Part shown: positions 1-12,182 of the stretch, piece by piece
Position numbering within the stretch: position 1 is the first letter of the stretch
Layout: each line of letters starts with the position of its first letter
From: Alkalilimnicola ehrlichii MLHE-1
GTDB taxonomy: Bacteria > Pseudomonadota > Gammaproteobacteria > Nitrococcales > Halorhodospiraceae
Assembly: GCF_000014785.1 (NCBI RefSeq)
Contig: NC_008340.1
Coordinates: 750,001 to 782,000 of the forward strand
DNA: 32,000 nucleotides
Direction: 5' to 3'
Position numbers and translations under genes: made by a program
The notes under the pieces: generated by a model
What the model was told of the DNA's origin: nothing
The model's input: only the letters and a program-made list of their open reading frames with translations
The model's database searches: none

Positions 1-3000
1 GGCTGCGGCAAATCCAATATCATCGACGCGGTGCGCTGGGTGATGGGTGAGAGCTCCGCCCGCCACCTGCGCGGCCAGTCCATGGCCGACGTCATCTTCA
101 ACGGATCGACCGCCCGCAAACCGGTCAGCCACGCCTCGGTGGAGCTGGTGTTCGACAACAGCGATGGCCGCCTGGGCGGGCAGTACGCCCAGTACGGCGA
201 GATCGCCGTGCGCCGCCAGGTCAACCGCGAGGGGCAATCGCAGTATTTCCTCAACGGCACCCGCTGCCGGCGTAAGGACATCACCGACGTCTTTCTGGGC
301 ACTGGGCTGGGGCCGCGCGGCTACACCATCATCGAGCAGGGCATGATCTCGCGGGTGATCGAGGCCCGGCCCGAGGAGCTGCGCGTCTATCTGGAGGAGG
401 CCGCCGGCATCTCCATCTACAAGGAGCGCCGGCGGGAGACCGAGCGGCGTATCCGCGATACCCGCGAGAATCTGGAACGGCTGGAGGACGTGCGCGAGGA
501 GGTGCGCCGCCAGTTGGAGAAGCTGCGCCGCCAGGCCGAGGTGGCCCGCCGCTACCGGGAGCTGAAACAGGCGGAGCGGGATACCCGGGCCGAATTGATC
601 ACCCTGCGCCAGGCCAGCCTCAAGGCGCAGCTCGAGGAACAGGAGGCGGTGATCGCCGCCAAGGTCAATGCCCGCGAGTTCGCCCTGGCCACCCAGCGTC
701 AGGCCGAGCGGGAGATCGAGGCCATCCGCGCCACCCAGGGCGAGGCCGGCGACCGGCTGAACGCCATTCAGGCCGACTATTACGGCGTGGGCAGCGAGAT
801 CGCCCGCATCGAGCAGCAGATCAGCCACCGCCGCGAACTGCGCGACAAGCAGTTGCGGGAGCTGCGTGACAGCGAGGGGGAGGTGCAGGCGCTGGAGCGC
901 GGTCTGGAGGAGGACCGGGAGAAGCTGGCGCTGCTGGAGGAGCGCCTGGAGGCCCTGCAGCCGGAGCAGGAGGAGCAGGCCCAGTCGGAGGCCTTCGCCC
1001 AGGAGGCGCTGGATGACGCCCGCGACCGGCTGGAGGCCTGGCGCGAGGCCCGCGAGGGCTTTCAGCGCGAGCGGGCCGAGGCCGAGCGTGCCGAGCAGGT
1101 GGAGAAGGTGCGGGTGGAGGGGCTGGAGCGCCGCGCCGACGAACTGGCGCGTCGCCTGGAGCGGTTGGAGGTCGAGTACGAGGCCGAGGACCTGTATGCC
1201 CTGGAACAGGCCATCGGCGACCTGGAGGCGGAGGAGACTGAGCTGGCCGAAGAACTGGCCGGGATGGACGAGGCCCAGGCCGATGTGGCCGAGCGACTGG
1301 AGAGCGACCGGGCCCAGGCGACCGAGCTGGCGGACAAGCTGGAGGCGCTGCGCGGCGAGCTGCATCAGCAGCGCGCCCGCCTCGCCTCGCTGGAGACCCT
1401 GCAGCAGTCGGCGCTGGGTGAGGACGGGGGGCCGCTGGAGGACTGGCTGAGTGCCCGGGAATGGCAGCAGCGCCCGCGCCTGGCCCAGCAGCTGGTTGTC
1501 ACCCCCGGCTGGGAGCGCGCGGTGGAGACCGTGTTGGCCGAGGGGCTGCAGGCGGTGTGCGTGCGCCCCGAGGAGCTGGAGGGCGCCGCCCGGGAGTTGC
1601 CGGAGCAGGGCGATCTCACCCTGGTCAGTGCCGGCGCGGTCGCTTCAGGCGGTGCTGGCGGCGGCGACTGGCTCGCCGACCAGGTGCGGGACGACGGCCG
1701 CACCGCCGCGCTGTTGGCCGGGATCCGCTGTGCCGATGACCTGCCCACCGCCCTGGCACGCCGTGGCGAACTGGCCGCGGGTGAATCCTTCATTACCCCG
1801 GACGGTGTCTGGCTGGGCGCCAACTGGCTCCGCCTGCGAGCCGGCGACGACGCCGAGCGGGGGGTGATCGCCCGTGAGCGGGAGATCCACCAGCTCCGCG
1901 ACCGGGTGGCCGAGGGCGAGGCGCGGCTGGTGGAACGGGAGGAGGCGCAGGACCGCTTGCGGCAGGCCGTCCGCAGCCTGGAGGAGGAGCGCGAGGCGCT
2001 GCAGCAGCGCAGTGCCCCGATGCAGCGCCGCCAGGCCGACCTGCAGGCCCGCATCGAGCACCGCCGCGACGCCTTAGAGGCGGCCCGGGAGCGCCGTGAG
2101 GCCCTGCACGAACAGCAGATCGAGCTTCGCGAGGAGCGTGAAACGGTCGTCGAGGAACTGGACGGCGCCCAGGCCCGACTCGCCGAGGCCGCCGCCCGGG
2201 CCGAGGCCCAGGCCGAGCGCGGTGCGGCCCTGGAGGATGAGCGCCACGCCCTGGAGCGTGCCGTCGACGACGCCCGGGAGCAACTGCGCCAGTGCCGTGA
2301 GGCCCGCCACGAGATCTCCCTCAAGCTCGAGAGCGCCAGCACCGCGCGCCAGGCCCTGCGCGAGGGCCTGGACCGGCTGCAGGCCCAGCACCGGCGTCTG
2401 CTGGACCGGCGGGAGGAGCTGGCCGAGGGCCTGGAGGGGCTCGCCGACCCCGGCGAGGACCTGGAAGCGGAGCGGGACGAGCTCTTGCAGCGCCGCCACC
2501 AGCTGGAGCAGGGGCTGGCCGAGGCCCGCAACCACGTGGCCAACCTGGAGCAGAAGCTGCGTGACTGGGGCGAGCGGCGCCAGACCGCCGTGCAGGAGAC
2601 GGAGACCCTGCGCGAGGAGCTGGAGGGGCTGCGCATCACCGCCCAGGAGTACCGGGTGCTGCAACGCCGCGAGGCGGCGGAACTGGAGCAATTGGGCGAG
2701 CACTTGGAGGTGGTGGCCTCCCGCCTGCCCGAAGGGGCCGAGGTGACCGACTGGGAGAAGCGCCTGGAGCAACTGGGTCGGCGCATCGCCCGGCTGGGTA
2801 CAGTCAACCTGGCCGCCATTGATGAATGCGCCGCCCTGGAGGAGCGCCAGCAGTACCTGGATGCCCAGTACGACGACCTGTTTGAGGCGCTGGAGACCCT
2901 GGAGAACGCCATCCGCCGCATCGACCGGGAGACCCGGGCCCGCTTCCGCGATACCTTCGAGCAGGTCAATCAGGGGGTGCAGCGGCTGTTTCCCCGCCTG

Positions 3001-3408
3001 TTTGGTGGCGGCCGGGCCTACCTGGAACTCACCGACGACGACCTGTTGGCCACCGGCGTGGCGGTCATGGCCCAGCCGCCCGGAAAACGGGTCACCAATA
3101 TCCACCTGCTCTCCGGTGGCGAGAAGGCGCTCACCGCCGTGGCCCTGGTCTTCGCCATCTTCAATCTCAATCCCGCGCCCTTCTGCATGCTCGATGAGGT
3201 GGACGCACCGTTGGACGAGGCCAATGTCGGCCGCTTCTGCGAGATGGTGCGGGAGATGTCCGAGCAGGTGCAGTTCATTGTCATCACCCACAACAAGACC
3301 ACCATGGAGGCGGTCTCCCACCTGGTGGGGGTGACCATGCACGAACCGGGCGTCTCGCGCCTGGTGGCGGTGGACGTGGCCGAGGCGGTGGAACTGGCCG
3401 AGGCCTGA
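1..3408 (+). CDS. smc: Chromosome segregation protein SMC, 5'-truncated by the window edge
   Basis: Frame open from base 1 with Walker A remnant GCGKSNIIDAVRWVMGESSA; long coiled coils; C-terminal signature LLSGGEKALTAVALVFAIFNLNPAPFCMLDEVDAPLDEANVGRF; stop TGA at 3406-3408. Confidence 0.97.
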   Translation, partial: GCGKSNIIDAVRWVMGESSARHLRGQSMADVIFNGSTARKPVSHASVELVFDNSDGRLGGQYAQYGEIAVRRQVNREGQSQYFLNGTRCRRKDITDVFLGTGLGPRGYTIIEQGMISRVIEARPEELRVYLEEAAGISIYKERRRETERRIRDTRENLERLEDVREEVRRQLEKLRRQAEVARRYRELKQAERDTRAELITLRQASLKAQLEEQEAVIAAKVNAREFALATQRQAEREIEAIRATQGEAGDRLNAIQADYYGVGSEIARIEQQISHRRELRDKQLRELRDSEGEVQALERGLEEDREKLALLEERLEALQPEQEEQAQSEAFAQEALDDARDRLEAWREAREGFQRERAEAERAEQVEKVRVEGLERRADELARRLERLEVEYEAEDLYALEQAIGDLEAEETELAEELAGMDEAQADVAERLESDRAQATELADKLEALRGELHQQRARLASLETLQQSALGEDGGPLEDWLSAREWQQRPRLAQQLVVTPGWERAVETVLAEGLQAVCVRPEELEGAARELPEQGDLTLVSAGAVASGGAGGGDWLADQVRDDGRTAALLAGIRCADDLPTALARRGELAAGESFITPDGVWLGANWLRLRAGDDAERGVIAREREIHQLRDRVAEGEARLVEREEAQDRLRQAVRSLEEEREALQQRSAPMQRRQADLQARIEHRRDALEAARERREALHEQQIELREERETVVEELDGAQARLAEAAARAEAQAERGAALEDERHALERAVDDAREQLRQCREARHEISLKLESASTARQALREGLDRLQAQHRRLLDRREELAEGLEGLADPGEDLEAERDELLQRRHQLEQGLAEARNHVANLEQKLRDWGERRQTAVQETETLREELEGLRITAQEYRVLQRREAAELEQLGEHLEVVASRLPEGAEVTDWEKRLEQLGRRIARLGTVNLAAIDECAALEERQQYLDAQYDDLFEALETLENAIRRIDRETRARFRDTFEQVNQGVQRLFPRLFGGGRAYLELTDDDLLATGVAVMAQPPGKRVTNIHLLSGGEKALTAVALVFAIFNLNPAPFCMLDEVDAPLDEANVGRFCEMVREMSEQVQFIVITHNKTTMEAVSHLVGVTMHEPGVSRLVAVDVAEAVELAEA

Positions 3409-3556
3409 GCCGCTGTCGCCCCGTCCGGCCCGGGAAAATGGCATAATCCCGGACCCGCTGCCGGTTCAAAGTCGGCGGTGCAGCGTATAAAGTGGTGAGC
3501 GAATAACGCTCTGCAAGGCGCTGAATCCCAAGCCCACCAATTGCTCGGATGCATCC

Positions 3557-6681
<3,125 letters not shown>

Positions 6682-6765
6682 TTACCAGAGTGACTTGCCT
6701 TTCGGCAGCAAAGGGGGCTGGCTATGGCTTCGATCTGGGGGCCCTTGAGCTGGGCGTCGGCCCTG

Positions 6766-6878
6766 CGATTCAGGGGACGCCGTAAACCCTTGCAAGCTGC
6801 GCTTCCTGCTTCGCTTGCAAGTCCAGCCCGACCATCCATGGTCGGTCGTTCGCCGCAGTGCGGCTCACCCCTGAATCG
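6766..6878. repeat. Multi-hairpin (cloverleaf-like) intergenic element between convergent genes
   Basis: Outer 11-bp inverted repeat CGATTCAGGGG (6766-6776)/CCCCTGAATCG (6868-6878) enclosing hairpins CTTGCAAGC (6789-6797)/GCTTGCAAG (6813-6821), CCGACCAT (6828-6835)/ATGGTCGG (6838-6845) and GCCGC (6852-6856)/GCGGC (6860-6864). Confidence 0.7.
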
Positions 6879-6906
6879 GTGCCCCTGCACCCGGCACGGG
6901 CGGCGG

Positions 6907-6930
6907 TGCCACCTTTTCGGCGAGGTGGCA
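6907..6930. other. Small hairpin near the 3' end of the minus-strand FimX-like gene; possible weak terminator
   Basis: TGCCACC (6907-6913)/GGTGGCA (6924-6930), 10-nt loop; no immediate T-tract. Confidence 0.35.
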
Positions 6931-6946
6931 TGGTCCTGCCCCTTTT

Positions 6947-9028
6947 TCAGAACACCATCTCCGAGAAGTCGTAGCTCATCTCGCGGGTCGGTTCCTGCAG
7001 GAAGTCGCCCTGCACGTAGTCGGCGCCGTATTCCCACATCAGCGCCAGTGCGGCCGGGCTGCCCAGGTAGCCGGCCACCACCTGTTGGCCCATCTGGTGG
7101 GCGGTTTCGATGATTTGACGGACCAGGCGCTGGTTCTCCTCCGTCTGTTCGATGTCGGCGGTGAGTGAGTCGTCCAGCTTCACCAGGTCGGAGTGCAGGT
7201 GCTTGAGCAGTTGGAAGGGGTTCAGGGCGCTGCCGAAGTGGTCCAGGGAGAGCTTGCAGCCCAGGCGGTCGAGCCCCTGCTGTAGGGCCTTGGCCTGATT
7301 GAGCTGGGTGACCACCACCGGTTCGTTGAGCTGGAAGACCAGGGTCGCCGGGTCGGCCTGGTGGTGTTCGAGTTCTTCGCTCAGCAGGTCGAGGAAGCCC
7401 GGGTCGGTGAGTGTGGCGCCGTCGAGCTTGACGAACAGGCAGACGCGCTTGCCCAGGCGCCGGCGCTCGGCCGCCAGGGCCACGGCCCGCCGGGTGACCC
7501 AGCGGTCGATTTCCCCGAGCAGCCCGGCCTGTTCGGCGTGGGGCAGGAACTCCAGCGGCTCGATCTCCCGGCCCTGCTCATCCGGCATGCGGATGCGCAG
7601 CTCGTAGAGTTCATCCCATTGGTGGCTCTCGGTCAGGGCGATGACCGGTTGGAAGACCAGGTAGAACTCGTCCTGCTCCAGGCAGTGCCGGACCCGCTCC
7701 CGCAGCCGTGCCTCGCGCTGCTGGGTCTCCATCACCTCCTGGCTGGAGGCGTGAAGCTGGACTTGGTTGCCACCGGCGCGCAGGGCGGTCTCGGAGGCGG
7801 CATAGGCCATGTCGATGGCGGCCTGGGCATTGTCGGCGTTGGTACCGACCATGGCGACGCCGATGGCACAGGTCACGGCGAGGGTGCTGCCGTCCACCTC
7901 GATCACCTGTTCCTCGATGTCCTGGCGCAGGGTCTCGGCCAAGTCCATGGCGTGGTCGATCTTGCTCCGCTCCAGCAGGATGGCGAATTCCTCGTCACTC
8001 AGCCGGCAGGGGATGTCCTCTTCGCCGACCTGTGCGCTGATTCGTTGGGCCACGTGCGCCAGGACCCGGTCCACCGCGGCCAGCCCCATGCGCTCGCGGA
8101 TGTGGCTGAGCTTTTCCAGCTGCAGGTAAAGCAGGGCGTGACTGTTGCGGCCGCCGGCGTCGAGGTTGCGGGCGATGAGGCTGTCCAGGTGGTCCAGGAA
8201 GTAACTGCGGTTGTAGAGGCCGGTGGTGGTGTCCTGGCGGTTGAGCTGTTCCAGGTCGGCCTCCAGCTCGCTGACCTGCAGCAGCACCTGGGTGCAGGGC
8301 TCGTCCTCTACCATGGCGGGGGTGAGCGCCATGGTGACCTCCTCCGGGCCATCGGCGGTGAGAAGACCGATGGTGACCTCGTGGCGGGTGAGGTCGCCGC
8401 GGCTGAAGCGGCGCAGCGCCTCCTTGCACTTGCCCTGGTCGGCCTCCACCACCATGTCGAGGATGGGCGTGCCCTCAATGTCCGCCAAGTCGTCGTGGCC
8501 GAACTTTTCCAGGTAGGCCGGGTTGGCGTAGATGTGCATGCCTTCATGGACGTAGGCAATCGGGTCGCGCGAGCTGTCCAGCAGGGCGCGGCAGCGGCGC
8601 TCCGTCTCCCGCACCGAGGACTCCAGCCGGCGCAGGCGGCGGCGTTCCTGCAGGTGGTGCAGCTCCCGTTCGATGACCAGCTTGAGGTGCTCCAGGTCGC
8701 TCTTGCTGACCAGGTCTTGGGCACCCATCTGCATGGCGTAGCGGCGCTGCTCCTGGCTCGGTTCGTCGCAGGTGGCGATGACGGGGATGTCCTTACCGAA
8801 CTGTTGGATGAGCTGGCGCGCGGTGTCCACGGGGACCTGGCGCAGGGCCAGGGAGCAGAGCATCAGGTCGGCCGGTTTCTCCTGGAGGGTCTCGCGCAGG
8901 TTGTCGATGCCGTCGATGCGCCGGGCACGCACGGCGTAGCCGCTGTTGCGCAGCACGCTGACGTAGATTTCGGCGTCGTTGGGCGATTCCTCGGTGATCA
9001 ACAGCCGGACCAGCGGGTTCTGTCTCAT
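6947..9028 (-). CDS. FimX-like REC-PAS-GGDEF(degenerate)-EAL(degenerate) protein, putative c-di-GMP effector
   Basis: N-terminal receiver-like domain; PAS (RRCRALLDSSRDPIAYVHEGMHIYANPAYLEKFG); degenerate GGDEF (CRLSDEEFAILLE); degenerate EAL (FQPVIALTESHQWDELYELRIRM). Confidence 0.85.
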   Translation of the reverse strand: MRQNPLVRLLITEESPNDAEIYVSVLRNSGYAVRARRIDGIDNLRETLQEKPADLMLCSLALRQVPVDTARQLIQQFGKDIPVIATCDEPSQEQRRYAMQMGAQDLVSKSDLEHLKLVIERELHHLQERRRLRRLESSVRETERRCRALLDSSRDPIAYVHEGMHIYANPAYLEKFGHDDLADIEGTPILDMVVEADQGKCKEALRRFSRGDLTRHEVTIGLLTADGPEEVTMALTPAMVEDEPCTQVLLQVSELEADLEQLNRQDTTTGLYNRSYFLDHLDSLIARNLDAGGRNSHALLYLQLEKLSHIRERMGLAAVDRVLAHVAQRISAQVGEEDIPCRLSDEEFAILLERSKIDHAMDLAETLRQDIEEQVIEVDGSTLAVTCAIGVAMVGTNADNAQAAIDMAYAASETALRAGGNQVQLHASSQEVMETQQREARLRERVRHCLEQDEFYLVFQPVIALTESHQWDELYELRIRMPDEQGREIEPLEFLPHAEQAGLLGEIDRWVTRRAVALAAERRRLGKRVCLFVKLDGATLTDPGFLDLLSEELEHHQADPATLVFQLNEPVVVTQLNQAKALQQGLDRLGCKLSLDHFGSALNPFQLLKHLHSDLVKLDDSLTADIEQTEENQRLVRQIIETAHQMGQQVVAGYLGSPAALALMWEYGADYVQGDFLQEPTREMSYDFSEMVF

Positions 9029-9040
9029 GCCGGGGCGTCC

Positions 9041-10087
9041 TTATGGGCGTGAGTCGTTGATGTTACACGATGACCCGGCCAGCGGGGTGACCGGGGTCTT
9101 GGCGGGTTCCCCGGCCTCCTCCCGCACCAGTCGGGGCACCAGGTAGCCGGGCAGACGGGCGGCGAGTTCGGCCGCCAGGGCGCGGGCCCGGAGTTCCGTC
9201 ACCTCGAAATGGGCCGCCCCCTGCACCCGGTCCAGCAGGTGCAGGTAGTAGGGCAGCACCCCGAGCTGGAAGAGCTGGCGGCTCAGCGCCGCCAGGGTGT
9301 CGGCGTCGTCGTTGATCCGGCGCAGCAGCACCGTCTGGTTGAGGAGCCAGTGACCGGCCTCCCGCAGCCGGGCCAGGGCGCCGGCGACCGTGCTGTCCAG
9401 CTCCTGGGCGTGGTTGCTGTGGATCACCCAGACCACCTCCCAGGGCCCCTTCAGCAGCGCCATCAATCCCGGGGTGATGCGGTCCGGCAGCACCACGGGC
9501 AGACGGGTGTGCAGCCGTAGCCGCCGGACCTGCGGCCGCTGCGCCAGGGCCTCGGTGAGCGTGGCCAGGCGCCGATCACTGAGGGTCAGCGGGTCGCCAC
9601 CGCTGAGGATGACCTCGTCCACCTCCGGATGGGCGTCCAGCCAGGCCAGGGTCGCGCGCCAGTCGTCGCGCCCGGCTTGCGACTCGGTGTAGGGGAAGTG
9701 CCGGCGGAAGCAGTACCGGCAATGGATGGCGCAGGCGCCGGTGGTGATCAGCAGCACCCGCCCGTGGTACTTGTGCAGCAGGCCGGGGTTGGCCTCGGCG
9801 GCGGCGTCACCCACCGGGTCCGCGGTGAAACCGGCCGGGGTCTCGTGCTCGGCCGCCAGCGGCAGGACCTGGCGCAGCAGCGGGTCGTCCGGGTCGCCGG
9901 GGCGGATGCGGGCCAGCCACGGCTCCGGCACCCGCAGCGGGAACAGCCGGGCCGCGGATTCCGCCGCCGGCAGCAGGGTCATCGGCAGGTCCAGTCGCTG
10001 CAACAGCTCGCGGGGGTCGCGCACGGCTCGGGCCAACTGGCGCCGCCAGTCCGGAGGGGGCGAGGGTTGCGCTGAAGGTCTCGGCAT
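9041..10087 (-). CDS. epmB: EF-P beta-lysylation protein EpmB (lysine 2,3-aminomutase-like radical SAM)
   Basis: Radical SAM motif CAIHCRYCFRRHFPY; ILSGGDPLTLSD; divergent from efp. The ORF track extends to 10108, but an internal ATG at 10087 (MPRPSAQ..) is also plausible. Confidence 0.92.
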   Translation of the reverse strand: MPRPSAQPSPPPDWRRQLARAVRDPRELLQRLDLPMTLLPAAESAARLFPLRVPEPWLARIRPGDPDDPLLRQVLPLAAEHETPAGFTADPVGDAAAEANPGLLHKYHGRVLLITTGACAIHCRYCFRRHFPYTESQAGRDDWRATLAWLDAHPEVDEVILSGGDPLTLSDRRLATLTEALAQRPQVRRLRLHTRLPVVLPDRITPGLMALLKGPWEVVWVIHSNHAQELDSTVAGALARLREAGHWLLNQTVLLRRINDDADTLAALSRQLFQLGVLPYYLHLLDRVQGAAHFEVTELRARALAAELAARLPGYLVPRLVREEAGEPAKTPVTPLAGSSCNINDSRP

Positions 10088-10215
10088 GGCAGCCCGTGTT
10101 CTAAACAAGGCGGATTTCCGTTAGGATTCGGCGTCACTTTACATGAATCGGGGCTCGGGGAGGGCCCAGCCGCTGCCTTCCCGCCCGGTAACCGCAAGCG
10201 GACAGCAGGTGTCGA

Positions 10216-10785
10216 ATGGCTCAGTACAGTACCAACGAGTTCAAGGGTGGCCTCAAGATTATGCTCGATGGTGATCCCTACACCATCGTGGAGAATGAGT
10301 TCGTCAAGCCGGGCAAGGGCCAGGCCTTCAACCGGGTGAAGGTGCGCAACCTTAAAACTGGTAAGGTCATCGACCGCACGTTCAAGTCCGGTGAGTCGGT
10401 GGAGGCGGCGGATGTCCTGGAGACGGAGATGCAGTTCCTCTACTCCGACGGCGAGTTCTTCCACATGATGGATCCGGAGACCTTCGAGCAGAAGGCGGCA
10501 CCGGCCTCGGCCGTGGGTGACGCGGCCAAGTGGCTGAAGGAGCAGGCCATGTGCACCGTGATCCTGTGGAATGACGAGCCCCTGACGGTGGAGCCGCCGA
10601 ACTTCGTCGAGCTGCGGGTGGTGGAGACCGACCCGGGCGTGCGCGGTGATACCTCCGGCGGTGGTGGCAAGCCGGCCACCCTGGAGACCGGTGCGGTGGT
10701 GCGTGTGCCGCTGTTCATTGAGGAGGGGGAGCTGCTTAAGGTGGACACCCGCAGCGGCGAGTACGTCGGCCGCGTCAAGGGTTAG
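10216..10785 (+). CDS. efp: Elongation factor P
   Basis: Strong similarity to EF-P throughout: [63 protein letters not shown]; modification-site lysine loop KPGKGQAF conserved. Confidence 0.98.
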   Translation: MAQYSTNEFKGGLKIMLDGDPYTIVENEFVKPGKGQAFNRVKVRNLKTGKVIDRTFKSGESVEAADVLETEMQFLYSDGEFFHMMDPETFEQKAAPASAVGDAAKWLKEQAMCTVILWNDEPLTVEPPNFVELRVVETDPGVRGDTSGGGGKPATLETGAVVRVPLFIEEGELLKVDTRSGEYVGRVKG

Positions 10786-10798
10786 GGCGTCCGCAGCG

Positions 10799-11743
10799 GT
10801 GACTGACTGGCGCCCCACGGCGGGGCTGGCGGCGCTGCGCCGGCGTGCGGCCTTGATCCGCCGTATCCGCGTCTTCTTCGACCGGCGTGGCCTGCTGGAG
10901 GTGGAGACCCCGCTGATGGCCACCGCCCCGGCCATGGATCCCAACCTGGACAGCCTGGCGGTGAGCCGGCCCGACGGCTGCCCGGCCTGGCTGCAGACCT
11001 CGCCGGAGTATGCCATGAAGCGGCTCCTGGCCGCCGGCAGCGGCGATATCTGGCAGCTTACCCGGGCCTTCCGCGGCAGCGAGCGGGGGCGCCTGCACAA
11101 CCCGGAGTTCACCCTTCTGGAGTGGTACCGCGTGGGCTGGGACCACCACGCCCTGATGCAGGAGGTGGCCGAGCTGGCTGCCGAGCTGGCCGGGGAGCGG
11201 CCGGTGGAGCACTGGACCTACCGCGACGCCTTCCAGCACTTCGCCGGGCTGGACCCCTTCCAGGCCCCCCTCGACGTGCTCCGGGCCCGGGGCGGCGATA
11301 AGGGGCTGACCGCCGCCCTGGGGGAGGACCGGGATGCCTGGCTGGACCTCATCCTCTCGCGCGAGGTGGCGCCCCGGCTGGGCCGTGGGCGCTTGAGTTT
11401 TCTCACCGATTTCCCAGCCAGCCAGGCGGCGCTTGCCCGGCTGCGGCCGGGCGACCCGCCGGTGGCGGAGCGCTTCGAGCTCTTTATGGAGGGCATGGAG
11501 ATCGCCAACGGCTACCACGAGCTTGCCGACCCGGCGGAGCAGCGCCGGCGCTTCCGCGCCGAGCAGCAGGCCCGCGACGCCAGGGGCGAGCGCTTGCCGG
11601 TGGATCAACGGCTGTTGGCCGCCCTGGAGGCGGGCCTGCCGCCCTGCGCCGGCGTGGCCCTGGGGGTGGACCGGTTGGTGATGGTGGCGCTGGGGGCGGA
11701 GTGCATCGACGCGGTGTGGGCGTTCCCCGACGAGCGGGCCTGA
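10799..11743 (+). CDS. epmA: EF-P--lysine ligase EpmA (PoxA/GenX), class II LysRS-like
   Basis: IRRIRVFFDRRGLLEVETPLM..LQTSPEYAMKRLLAAGSGDIWQLTRAFRGSERGRLHNPEFTLLEWYR..GVALGVDRLVMVALG; in-frame GTG start at 10799, downstream of the efp stop; the track's 10646 start lies inside efp. Confidence 0.94.
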   Translation: MTDWRPTAGLAALRRRAALIRRIRVFFDRRGLLEVETPLMATAPAMDPNLDSLAVSRPDGCPAWLQTSPEYAMKRLLAAGSGDIWQLTRAFRGSERGRLHNPEFTLLEWYRVGWDHHALMQEVAELAAELAGERPVEHWTYRDAFQHFAGLDPFQAPLDVLRARGGDKGLTAALGEDRDAWLDLILSREVAPRLGRGRLSFLTDFPASQAALARLRPGDPPVAERFELFMEGMEIANGYHELADPAEQRRRFRAEQQARDARGERLPVDQRLLAALEAGLPPCAGVALGVDRLVMVALGAECIDAVWAFPDERA

Positions 11744-11750
11744 GCCGCGG

Positions 11751-12116
11751 TCAGCCGTCGGAGGGCTGCGCCGGTGCGCGCGGCCGCTGGTCCGGCCCCA
11801 TCACCGTCCGGCCTTCCGGCATATCCAGTTGCACTCCCCGGCACTGTCGCCCCAGTAGTTGCACATAGCCGGGGCGGCGGTCAGCGCCGTCGACGCTGAA
11901 TTCGAAGCGGTACTCCCGGCGCCAGGTCAGCCGCCCCGACGGGCCGCGGGCCGGACGAATGCGGGCGAGCGACACGGTGACATCCAGCAATTGCACGTCC
12001 AGACCACGGCACGCCCGGCGGGCGGCCCGCACCGCCTGGTCCCGGGCGCGCAGGGCGTCTGACCAGTAGAGGCCGACGGCAACGACGATCAGCAGGGTGA
12101 CAAGGGCGGTTTCCAT
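11751..12116 (-). CDS. DUF3301-like small membrane-anchored protein
   Basis: METALVTLLIVVAVGLYWSDALRARDQAVRAARRACRGLDVQLLDVTVSLARIR..RREYRFEFS; start ATG complement at 12114-12116; the longer track ORF (to 12647) is antisense to the PHP gene. Confidence 0.75.
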   Translation of the reverse strand: METALVTLLIVVAVGLYWSDALRARDQAVRAARRACRGLDVQLLDVTVSLARIRPARGPSGRLTWRREYRFEFSVDGADRRPGYVQLLGRQCRGVQLDMPEGRTVMGPDQRPRAPAQPSDG

Positions 12117-12182
12117 GGGTTCCGCTGCGGCTGATGGGGGCCTCCATGATACGCTGCCCGGCACCGAAACGAGACCCCGGAC

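Noticed and set aside
1365-3444. Large minus-strand ORFs (534 aa and 456 aa) opposite smc
   Set aside because: Antisense to well-supported SMC coding sequence; Ser/Arg-rich shadow translations with no recognisable domain.
3440-3556. Possible tRNA-like GGTTCAAA segment between smc and zipA
   Set aside because: No acceptor/D/anticodon arm arrangement could be built around it; treated as ordinary intergenic sequence.
7361-9052. 563-aa plus-strand ORF
   Set aside because: Fully antisense to the convincing FimX-like gene; low-complexity Val/Leu/Gln-rich translation typical of GC-rich shadow ORFs.
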